From the NCBI GenBank assembly GCA_965223155.1, contig CBDCVR010000015.1:384001-448000 (forward strand): DNA of 64,000 nucleotides. The letters are read 5' to 3'. Made by a program: the position numbers and the translations under genes. The first letter of the stretch is position 1; each line of letters begins with the position of its first letter. The DNA is from Candidatus Multivoradales bacterium (GTDB lineage Bacteria > Acidobacteriota > Thermoanaerobaculia > Multivoradales > JAHEKO01). Below, one piece after another: positions 27,149 to 35,580 of the stretch. A model generated the notes under the pieces. That model had not been told where the DNA came from, did not search any database, and was given only the letters and a program-made list of their open reading frames with translations.

Positions 27149-28606
27149 CTAGCGACCGCTGCCGGACAGCACCTCCAGCACCGTCCGGCCCAGCAAATAG
27201 AGGTCCAGCCAGATCGACCAGTTGCGAATGTAGTAGCCGTCGTTGACTTCCTGCACCTCGGGATCGCCGTCGAACCGGGACATAACCTGCCACATGCCGG
27301 TCATGCCCGGCCGCACCGAGCGCCGCAGATCCAGGTGCTCTTGCGAATAGCCGGCGAGATGATAGGCCGGCAGGGGCCTCGGGCCCACGAGACTCATCTC
27401 ACCGCGCACGACGTTCCAGAGCTGAGGCAATTCGTCGATGCTGAACCGGCGGAGCACCGAGCCCACCACCGGCACCAGCCGGGGATCGCGCTCGAGCTTG
27501 AAGCGCCGGCGCCACTCCGAGCGAGCCGCCGCTGAGGCGGCCAGATGCTCTTCCAGAATCTGTTCGGCGTCTGGAACCATGGTGCGAAGCTTCCAAACGC
27601 GAACCGCCCGTCCCCCCTGGCCCTCTCGCTCTTGAAGGTAGAATATCGGTCCCCGACTGAAGCAACGCACGGCAACTCCGGACACGGCCAGGACCGGCAC
27701 GGCCGGAAGCAACCCCAGGCTCCCCAGGACGAGGTCCACCGAACGCTTGGCGAGGCGGTTCCTTCGGCGCAACAGCTGGTTGCTGAACTCGAAGCCCAGG
27801 ACCCCCCCGAGATTTCTGGCGCGCACGCCATCGATCGGCATCTGCCGGGCGTCGCCGAGAGCGATAACCTGCCGGAACCTGCGCTGGAGGCCCGCCACGG
27901 TTGCCGGCCAGTCGGGCTCATCCAGTGTGACGACGGCGACCCGGACACCCTTCTCCGCCCAGGGCCGCATCCGCGACGCCAGGGCGCCGGCGTCCTCACC
28001 CGGCTCCGGGCGGAGCACGGCCAGCGGCCGGTAGCCCAGGGAATGAGCCGTCTTGAGAGCGTCTAGAGCGCGCTCGACCTGGGGGCCATCGCCGTAGACG
28101 ACCACCGGCTCACTCCACCAGGGCAGTCGCCGCAAGAGCTTGAGCACTAGAAATCGCACTGTGGGCTGGATCAGGAGGGCCGCGACCCAGGCGATGGCAA
28201 AGGTGACCCGCGAGTAGGGACTGGCGATCTTGAGCAGGAAGCTAGAAGCCGCCAGCACCGCGAAGACCAGGCTCGTACCCTGCCACGAGCGGCGCAAGGT
28301 CTCGACCGCTCCCAGGCCGAATCCCGGATAGAGGCCCCGTCCCCAGTAGCTGGCGACGAAGAGCCCGAGGATGGGCCAGAGCTCGAGATAGAGCTCGAGC
28401 CGCTGCTCCCGCACCGGCAGCGCCCACAAGACGTACGCCAAGAGGATTGCCACCGCCACCGAGACGGCGTCGAGGCCGCCGAGAAGCGCTACCCGCAGCG
28501 GCCGCCGGGCCGGAAAATCGGAAAACGTCGTGACCTCGGCCGGTTCCGGGCCCCCCGAACTTCGGGTGGCTTCCACGCGGTCTTCACGTACGCCCACGTC
28601 AGTCAT
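27149..28606 (-). CDS. Undecaprenyl-phosphate galactose phosphotransferase-like (WbaP-type) priming enzyme
   Basis: GLYPG, KRSVDL, WKLRTM, FKLERDPR, SIDELPQLWNVVRGEMSLVGPRP, YYIRNWSIWLD. Start is ATG 28606 or TTG 28618. Confidence 0.92.
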   Translation of the reverse strand: MTDVGVREDRVEATRSSGGPEPAEVTTFSDFPARRPLRVALLGGLDAVSVAVAILLAYVLWALPVREQRLELYLELWPILGLFVASYWGRGLYPGFGLGAVETLRRSWQGTSLVFAVLAASSFLLKIASPYSRVTFAIAWVAALLIQPTVRFLVLKLLRRLPWWSEPVVVYGDGPQVERALDALKTAHSLGYRPLAVLRPEPGEDAGALASRMRPWAEKGVRVAVVTLDEPDWPATVAGLQRRFRQVIALGDARQMPIDGVRARNLGGVLGFEFSNQLLRRRNRLAKRSVDLVLGSLGLLPAVPVLAVSGVAVRCFSRGPIFYLQEREGQGGRAVRVWKLRTMVPDAEQILEEHLAASAAARSEWRRRFKLERDPRLVPVVGSVLRRFSIDELPQLWNVVRGEMSLVGPRPLPAYHLAGYSQEHLDLRRSVRPGMTGMWQVMSRFDGDPEVQEVNDGYYIRNWSIWLDLYLLGRTVLEVLSGSGR

Positions 28607-28708
28607 CACTTTCCGCAAGTCCTGAGTAGCCTACCTTAGGGGCTTGCTGGCGCTTCCGGTCGATGTTGGCTAGCCTTGGCGTCGAACTGGCCGGATGGCG
28701 CCCTTCCA

Positions 28709-29254
28709 GTGCAAGTCCAAAGCACAGCGATTCTCGACGCTCTCGTGATCCGGCCCGAGGTCTATCCCGACGCTCGCGGCCAGTTTCTGGAAACTTGGAA
28801 CCAACGCCGCTTCGCCGAACACGGCCTGGACCTCGATTTCGTCCAGGACAATCACTCCCGTTCGACGCAAGGCACGGTGCGCGGGCTGCACTACCAGATC
28901 GGCCGGCCCCAGGGAAAGCTGGTGCGCGCGGCCTCCGGCCGGGTGTTCGACGTGGCAGTGGATCTTCGCCGCAGCTCCACGACGTTCGGTACTTGGATCG
29001 GCTACGAGCTGAGCGACGAGAACCGGCAGTCGCTTTGGATTCCTCCGGGCTGCGCCCACGGTTTCCTGGTGCTCACGGAAACTGCCGACTTCACCTACAA
29101 GTGTACGGACTTCTACGATCCCGAATCCGAGCGGACCCTGCTCTGGAACGATCCCACTCTCGCCATCGATTGGCCGACCGAGGGCCTCGAATTGAAGCTC
29201 TCGGCCAAGGACGCCGACGGCACGCCGTTCCGGCAGGCCGAGTGCTTTCCATGA
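28709..29254 (+). CDS. rmlC: dTDP-4-dehydrorhamnose 3,5-epimerase
   Basis: DARGQFLE, FVQDNHSRS, RGLHYQ, DVAVDLR, AHGF, YKCTDFY. Confidence 0.96.
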   Translation: MQVQSTAILDALVIRPEVYPDARGQFLETWNQRRFAEHGLDLDFVQDNHSRSTQGTVRGLHYQIGRPQGKLVRAASGRVFDVAVDLRRSSTTFGTWIGYELSDENRQSLWIPPGCAHGFLVLTETADFTYKCTDFYDPESERTLLWNDPTLAIDWPTEGLELKLSAKDADGTPFRQAECFP

Positions 29255-29318
29255 GCGGAGTGCTCGGCGGACCGGCGCACGCAGCTCGGAGCCGCTTGCC
29301 GTCGCGGCGGAAGACGGC

Positions 29319-30206
29319 GTGACCCGGCTCCGCGCCCTCGTCACCGGCGCCCGCGGGCAACTCGGGCGGGAGCTCATCGCCACCCTTCCGGACGGCGTTG
29401 ATGCGGTCGGCCTGTCTCGAGCCGAGCTCGACATCGCCAGCCCGGAAGCCGTGGCGACCCGGCTCGACGCAATCCGACCGGAAGTCGTCATCAACACGGC
29501 CGCCTACACCGCGGTCGACGACGCCGAGGCCGAAGGCGAGCTCGCTCGGGCGGCCAACGCGGACGGGCCGCGCTTGCTCGCCGACGCCTGCCGCGCCTCC
29601 GGCGCACGGATGATTCAAGTCTCCACTGACTTCGTTTTCGACGGTGAAGGCCGAAGGGCCTACGCTCCAGACGACCCGGTAGCGCCCCTCGGGGTCTACG
29701 GCCGCACCAAGCTGGCCGGCGAGCGCGCCGTTCGCGAGCTCCTGCCGGAGGCCTCGCTCATCGTCCGCACCTCGTGGCTCTACTCGGCCCACGGCAAGAA
29801 CTTTGTCACCACCATGCTGCGCCTTTTCGCCAGCCAGCCCGTCGTTCGGGTAGTGAACGATCAACTCGGGAGCCCGACTTGGACGGGGACTCTGGCGGCC
29901 GCGATCTGGCGCTGGGCGGCCCGGCCGGCTGCCGTCGGCGTCCGGCACTGGTGTGACCGAGGAGAGACCAGCTGGCATGGCTTCGCCGCGGCCGTTCGAG
30001 ACCTCGGCATCGAACTGGGCCTCCTGACCGACCCGGGTGAGCTGCTGGCGATCGCTTCGGAAGAGTTTCCGACCGCGGCCCGCCGGCCCCGCTTCAGCGT
30101 GCTCGACGCCAATGCCAGCGCGCGCGAACTGGCGCTTCCGCGCCAAGATTGGCGAGAATCGCTGAGGCTGATGCTCACCACCCTCGCAGAGCCTTCCAGT
30201 GGCTAG
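29319..30206 (+). CDS. rmlD: dTDP-4-dehydrorhamnose reductase
   Basis: LVTGARGQLG, NTAAYTAVD, STDFVFDG, YGRTKLAGE, DQLGSPT, ARRP. Confidence 0.95.
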   Translation: MTRLRALVTGARGQLGRELIATLPDGVDAVGLSRAELDIASPEAVATRLDAIRPEVVINTAAYTAVDDAEAEGELARAANADGPRLLADACRASGARMIQVSTDFVFDGEGRRAYAPDDPVAPLGVYGRTKLAGERAVRELLPEASLIVRTSWLYSAHGKNFVTTMLRLFASQPVVRVVNDQLGSPTWTGTLAAAIWRWAARPAAVGVRHWCDRGETSWHGFAAAVRDLGIELGLLTDPGELLAIASEEFPTAARRPRFSVLDANASARELALPRQDWRESLRLMLTTLAEPSSG

Positions 30207-31302
30207 ATTGCTCGTAACCGGCGGCGCCGGCTTCATCGGCGCCAACTTCGTCCACTACTGGTTGGAGCACAAGCCTGAGGACCGCCTGGTGGTCCTGGAC
30301 GCTCTGACCTATGCCGGCAATCTCCAAAGTCTGGAGCCGGCGCGCGAGCACCCCCAGTTCCGGTTCGTGCACGGCGATATTCGCGACCGGGACTTGGTGG
30401 CCCAGCTTCTGGCCGAAGAGCAACTCGACACGATTGTGCATTTCGCCGCCGAGTCTCACGTCGATCGATCGATTGAAGGGCCCGAGGTTTTCCTGGACGT
30501 CAACGTGCTCGGGACACAGCGACTGCTCGAGGCCGCGCGCGAGGTCTGGCTGGAGACGAAACGCGTCCCCCGGTATCGTTTCCATCACGTCTCGACGGAT
30601 GAGGTTTACGGCTCACTGGGCTGGGACGATCCCCCGTTCTCGGAGTCCCATCGCTACGCCCCCAACTCGCCCTACGCGGCCAGCAAAGCGGGGGCGGACC
30701 ATCTGGTGCGCGCCTACTGGAAGACCTACGGACTCGAGTCCACGATCAGCAACTGCTCGAATAACTACGGGCCGTACCACTATCCCGAGAAGCTCATCCC
30801 CCTGGCGATCGTTCGCATGCTCCAGGGTGAGGAGATCCCGATCTATGGCGACGGCAAGAACGTTCGCGACTGGCTCTATGTCGAGGACCACTGCGCCGGA
30901 ATCGCGAGCATTCTGGGCAGGGGCCGGCCAGGGGCCACCTACAATCTCGGCGGGCGCGCCGAGGTCGATAACCTGAGTCTGATCCGGAAGCTGGCCGAGC
31001 TCATGGACCGGACGTTCGCCGAAACCGCCGAGTTGCGGGACCGGTTCCCCGACGCATGGCCCGCGCGTGGCGCCAGCACGCTCGACGCCCTGACCTTCGT
31101 GCCCGACCGGCCGGGGCACGACCGGCGCTACGCGATCGACGCCCGGCGGGCCGCGGTCGAGCTCGGCTTCGTGGCTCGCACGCAGCTCGACGCCGGCCTT
31201 CAGCGAACCGTCGCGTGGTATCTCGACAACGAGCCCTGGTGGCGCGGCGTCATGGATGGCTCGTACCGAAGCTGGATGGAGCGGCAGTACGGCGAGACCT
31301 GA
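30199..31302 (+). CDS. rmlB: dTDP-glucose 4,6-dehydratase
   Basis: VTGGAGFIG, DALTYAGN, HFAAESHVDRSI, STDEVYG, SPYAASK, DRPGHDRRY. Confidence 0.97.
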   Translation: MARLLVTGGAGFIGANFVHYWLEHKPEDRLVVLDALTYAGNLQSLEPAREHPQFRFVHGDIRDRDLVAQLLAEEQLDTIVHFAAESHVDRSIEGPEVFLDVNVLGTQRLLEAAREVWLETKRVPRYRFHHVSTDEVYGSLGWDDPPFSESHRYAPNSPYAASKAGADHLVRAYWKTYGLESTISNCSNNYGPYHYPEKLIPLAIVRMLQGEEIPIYGDGKNVRDWLYVEDHCAGIASILGRGRPGATYNLGGRAEVDNLSLIRKLAELMDRTFAETAELRDRFPDAWPARGASTLDALTFVPDRPGHDRRYAIDARRAAVELGFVARTQLDAGLQRTVAWYLDNEPWWRGVMDGSYRSWMERQYGET

Positions 31303-33238
31303 TCGTTCCGGAGGCCGGCTGCCAGGGTTAGTAGCGCTGGCGGCCCTGCCGATCTCGCTGCTGGCCGTCACCGCCGGCAGCTCGCACCGGTGGGTTGACG
31401 CCACGCGCGGGCTCGAGACCCAACTCCTGGGCCTGGTTGCCTCGGCCGCGCTCGCCGCCCTGGCCGGTCTAGCCTGGCATACCGATCGCGACCGTAGGCG
31501 CGAGCCGGGAGCCGTGACCGTCGCGGTCGCGACTCTCGGTTCTGCATTCACACTGCTGGCGATTCCGGCGTGGGAGGTTCGAGCGGCCACCCTGGTCGCT
31601 CTCCTAGGGTGCGCCTTCGGGGTCCTGGCGTGGGGAATCGTTGGCCGATGGGGTCGCGGCCAGGCCGAGGAGGTCTCGTTTCCGCCGTGTTTCGCCGCCG
31701 CGGTCTTCCTCCAAACCCTGCTCCGGTCCGATCGCTTCTTCGAGTCCTGGAGCTGGAGCTTCGCGCTCGAAGAGCTCGTCCTGTGGCCGGCGGTTGCAGC
31801 GGCCGCCGTGGCGCTTCTGGCACGTCGCGTCCGCGGTCCGGTCGTCCTCGCCGCGCTGCTTGCCACGGTCCTCGCGCGCGGCGTAGGCCCCGAAGCCGCC
31901 ATCGGCCTCGCGGTCCTGGCCTTGGCCGCGGGTTGGCGGACGCCGCCCCATGCCGACGCCAGGGCTCGCTGGGCTCTCGCCGGGACATCCATTCTCGTCG
32001 CCGCACGGAGCGTGCTTCCAGCGCTCGCCGGCGCGGGTGGCTCCCTCGGCACAGCGAGCGCGACGGGCTGGATTGGCCTCGTCGCCGTGCCGGCCATCGT
32101 CGGGCGCCTGCTCGGGGACACGGGCCGAGCCCGTAGCTCGTCCTGGCTGCCGGGAGCGGTCTTGCTCATCGCTGCCGCGCTCCTTCTTGGCCATCGAGAC
32201 GGCATCGCCGTGACCGGAGCACTCGCGGGAATCCTGGCCTTGGCTCTCCCCGCCAGCCTTCTCGGCGCCATCGCCTCCTTGCCCACGCGCTCGGGGCCCG
32301 GCGAGCGCGCGCGGCGGGCTCTAGCCGGGACCGGCCTGGTACTTGCCTCAGCGCCCCTGATACCGGCCGAGCCCGCGCTTCTGGCCGGCTTCCTGGCTCT
32401 GGCGAGCGCCCCAGGACTCTCGTCGAGTGCGGTTCGCATGCAGGCGGTCTGGGCGACAGCTCTGATAGGCGTAGCCGGCCTCGCGGCAGGCTTGCCATGG
32501 CTCAACCCCCAACCGCTCGAAGCAGCGCTGGGCGTCTTCGGGCTGACTTTCGGCTGGAAGGCAATTTCGGCCGTTGCCGCGACGCTGGCAGCTCTGGTCC
32601 TGGCCGAGCACAGCATGCGCCGGACCAGCCTCGGCTCGCGTCCCGGCTGGGCGCCGGCCTTGGCTCCGGGCCTAGCCGCCGTGGCCATTCTGGCCGCGGC
32701 TCTGACGCCGTCCATTCTTCGGCCGACCGAGCCGCTCCTGACCGACGCCATCGTGCTTGGATCCGACGAGCCCGAGCACGAGATCTTGCTCGACGTCGGA
32801 GCGCGCGGCTCCCTGGCCGTGGTCGATGCCTATCTGGGAGGTGAACCGCTTGCGGTCGGAACGCCAGCCCTGGCGATCACCTTCTTCGCGGGCAACGCGC
32901 AGATCGAGCGAATGACTCTGGACGCCGGCATCGACATCGCCAATTGGGCCGCCGATCGACCTTCGGCCGGTCAGGGCGTAGCGCCCGCACCGGCAGCGTC
33001 CGCCGGTCTGAATCTCGTTCCCGACGGAGTCGCTCGCCGGAGCTTCATCCGGCAAGCCCGGAGGGCGGCGGTGCCCTGGATCGCTCGGCCGGCGCCGGAC
33101 GGTCCCTACTTCGCGCGCCGCTACCGGTCGCGGCACCCGGTCGCTCTCGAGCTACCCGCCGATCGCGTGCGCCTGGAGGTCACCGACGAGGCCCGGGGCT
33201 CGGTCGAGGTCGCGCTCTTCTATCTGGGAGTCCGTTGA
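31256..33238 (+). CDS. Hypothetical polytopic membrane protein with C-terminal extracytoplasmic domain
   Basis: Many Ala/Leu-rich TM segments followed by a soluble beta-rich domain (LDAGIDIANWAADRP). It fills the gap between rmlB and the next gene, with a TGATG junction. Start uncertain. Confidence 0.65.
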   Translation: MARTEAGWSGSTARPDRSGGRLPGLVALAALPISLLAVTAGSSHRWVDATRGLETQLLGLVASAALAALAGLAWHTDRDRRREPGAVTVAVATLGSAFTLLAIPAWEVRAATLVALLGCAFGVLAWGIVGRWGRGQAEEVSFPPCFAAAVFLQTLLRSDRFFESWSWSFALEELVLWPAVAAAAVALLARRVRGPVVLAALLATVLARGVGPEAAIGLAVLALAAGWRTPPHADARARWALAGTSILVAARSVLPALAGAGGSLGTASATGWIGLVAVPAIVGRLLGDTGRARSSSWLPGAVLLIAAALLLGHRDGIAVTGALAGILALALPASLLGAIASLPTRSGPGERARRALAGTGLVLASAPLIPAEPALLAGFLALASAPGLSSSAVRMQAVWATALIGVAGLAAGLPWLNPQPLEAALGVFGLTFGWKAISAVAATLAALVLAEHSMRRTSLGSRPGWAPALAPGLAAVAILAAALTPSILRPTEPLLTDAIVLGSDEPEHEILLDVGARGSLAVVDAYLGGEPLAVGTPALAITFFAGNAQIERMTLDAGIDIANWAADRPSAGQGVAPAPAASAGLNLVPDGVARRSFIRQARRAAVPWIARPAPDGPYFARRYRSRHPVALELPADRVRLEVTDEARGSVEVALFYLGVR

Positions 33239-35550
33239 TGAGCGGCCGACCCAGACCCGCACCCCGACCCGAAAGCGGAAGCGAGTCGCGTAGTTCCAGA
33301 CTCCGGCCAGAGCCTGGATCGGCGCTCGAACCCACGCAGCGACCGCTGTTCTGGCTTGCCGCGGGCATTCTGGCATCGGTCCTCTTCGCCCGGCTTCTGG
33401 AATGGAACGGGGAGACGTTCGCCGCAATCGCCGGCAGCCGGCCCCTTACGGGCACCCTGGTCGCCTTGCCCCTGGCGGCCGGCCTCTTCGCCGCGGCCGC
33501 GGCCCTGGCCCAGAGCGGCCCCTCCGGAGGGTGGATCCGTCTGGGCGCGGCCGTCTCCTGCGGAATTCTGGCGCTCCGCTCGCACGAGCTGGGCCTACGC
33601 TGGAGCGAAGCCCTGCTCTCGGGAGTGGTGATGGCGGCCATCACGGCGCTTGCCCTGGGGCACGCCATCGCGCAAACCGCCGTGCTGAGCCGGCTCGACG
33701 CTGGTCTGAAGCGGACCGGAGCGCTGGTGCTGACGGTTCTTGCCGTCTATGCCCTGGCTCTGCCATGGACGCACCGGATGCGCCCGCCGAACGGAGACGA
33801 GCCCTACTACCTGCTTCTGACCCACAGCCTGGCCTACGATCACGACACCGATCTCGCCAACAACTACGAGGCCGGCGATTCGTTGCGGTACATGGGCCGG
33901 AAGATCGGTCCGCAGTACAAGGATCCGGTCGGGCCCGAGGGCCAGATGTACTCCCGGCACAACGCCACGCTGTCGCTGGTTCTGGCCCCCATCTACCGCT
34001 GGCTCGGTCCTCTGGGCGTGCTCGCGGCGATGGCCCTCATGACCGCCGCGTTCGCGGGAGGGGCCTCGCTTCTGACCGAGCGCTACTACCCGGACCGGCC
34101 CCGGGAAGCGCTTTGGGCCGGCGCCGTGACCGGCCTGGCGCCGCCGCTCTTACTCTACAGCTACCAGGTCTGGGTGGAGGTGCCCGCGGCCCTGGTCGCC
34201 ATCGGAGTTACTCTCGCCATCCATCACATCCGAGCGCGGACCGGCCCTGGCGAGACCGGCTTTCCTGTCTTGGCTGCTGGCTCGGGCCTCGCCGGCCTGC
34301 TCTTGCTGTCCACGCTCAAGCTCCGCTTCCTCGCTCTGGCGGCGGGTCTCACCATGCTGGCGTGGTCCTACTGTCCGCCTCATCTGAAACGCTGGGTCGT
34401 CCGCCTCGGGCTGGGGTTGGGGCTCGTCTTCGCGACGACTCTCCTTTTCAACACCGCGGTTTTCGGAGCCGGCCTCAAGCACCACAGTTGGGGCTCCCTT
34501 CTGGGCTACGCCACCTCGCCGCTGTCCTACGCTCGCGGCCTCGGCGGTATCTTCTTCGACGCCTCTTTCGGGCTCTTCGCCACCGGACCGATCTGGATCC
34601 TGCTGCTGCCGGGTGCAGTGCTCACTGCCCGCTCGCGGCCCAGGATCCTGGTGGATCTGGCTCTGGCCACGAGCCTCTACTGCGCTCTCCTCGCTCCGCG
34701 GCTGGAGTGGTACGGAGGCTGGAGTCCCCCGTTCCGCTATGCCCTCGTACTGCTGCCGTTTCTCGCGCCCCTCCTGGTTCCGACGCTAGGTCCGGCCCTT
34801 GGACGCCGGGGCTCGACGCGCCAGCGGACGGCCCTTGCCGCCCTGGGCGCGGCGACCGTGGCCCTGAGCCTCGTCTGGGTCGTGCTGCCCGGCTGGACCT
34901 ACAATTTCGCCGACGGCCGCTCGCTGCTCCTCGACCACCTGGGCATCGCCTTCGGCGGCGACCTGGCCCGATTCTTCCCGAGCTTCGTGCGACCGCGGCC
35001 GGCAAACCTGGTCTGGGTCGCGGCCTTGGGCCTCAGCGCCGGCGTCTTCGCAGCCCGGGCGGGAAGGCGGGCTCGGGGCACGGGCGTCGCGGCCGGCGTC
35101 GTCCTTTTCGTCCTGGCGCTGGCCTGTCTTCCACTCGTTGCCGGCACACCCCATCGGGTAGTCCAGTTCGAGGACCCGTATGTCACCAAGAACGGTGGCG
35201 CCCTCTATCCCGAGCGCTGGCGCCGGAGCCGCGTCACCGTCCGGGGAGCTTGGGAGCTCGAGCCTGGTGATTCGGTGTCGATTCCGATCCGGCCGGCCGG
35301 AACCTCGCTCGCGATCGAGCTCGAGGTCATGCATCGCGTAATCCGCAAGCGAGCGGCAATCGAGGTGCTGGAGAACGGCGCCGTCATCCATGCGCAGGCC
35401 TTGCCGCCGGCCAAGGGATGGCTCAGCCTCCGTCTCGGACCGATTCCGTGGAGCGGCGCCTCCGAGTTGACGTTCCGGCTGCGCGGCCCCAAGCGCTCCG
35501 TCGCCTTCCTGGACCGAGCGGTCCTGCGCTGGCACGGGACGGCACCCTAG
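33238..35550 (+). CDS. GT-C-like polytopic membrane protein
   Basis: PNGDEPYYLLLTHSLAYDHDTDLANNY (DE motif in an external loop), VWVEVPA, WYGGWSPPFRY, C-terminal soluble domain. Start re-called to ATG 33238. Confidence 0.75.
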   Translation: MSGRPRPAPRPESGSESRSSRLRPEPGSALEPTQRPLFWLAAGILASVLFARLLEWNGETFAAIAGSRPLTGTLVALPLAAGLFAAAAALAQSGPSGGWIRLGAAVSCGILALRSHELGLRWSEALLSGVVMAAITALALGHAIAQTAVLSRLDAGLKRTGALVLTVLAVYALALPWTHRMRPPNGDEPYYLLLTHSLAYDHDTDLANNYEAGDSLRYMGRKIGPQYKDPVGPEGQMYSRHNATLSLVLAPIYRWLGPLGVLAAMALMTAAFAGGASLLTERYYPDRPREALWAGAVTGLAPPLLLYSYQVWVEVPAALVAIGVTLAIHHIRARTGPGETGFPVLAAGSGLAGLLLLSTLKLRFLALAAGLTMLAWSYCPPHLKRWVVRLGLGLGLVFATTLLFNTAVFGAGLKHHSWGSLLGYATSPLSYARGLGGIFFDASFGLFATGPIWILLLPGAVLTARSRPRILVDLALATSLYCALLAPRLEWYGGWSPPFRYALVLLPFLAPLLVPTLGPALGRRGSTRQRTALAALGAATVALSLVWVVLPGWTYNFADGRSLLLDHLGIAFGGDLARFFPSFVRPRPANLVWVAALGLSAGVFAARAGRRARGTGVAAGVVLFVLALACLPLVAGTPHRVVQFEDPYVTKNGGALYPERWRRSRVTVRGAWELEPGDSVSIPIRPAGTSLAIELEVMHRVIRKRAAIEVLENGAVIHAQALPPAKGWLSLRLGPIPWSGASELTFRLRGPKRSVAFLDRAVLRWHGTAP

Positions 35551-35580
35551 CGACCGAAGGGCCGAGTCTTCAGCAAGCCC

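Noticed and set aside
30613-32751. 712-aa minus-strand ORF
   Set aside because: Ala/Arg-rich shadow of rmlB and the membrane protein.
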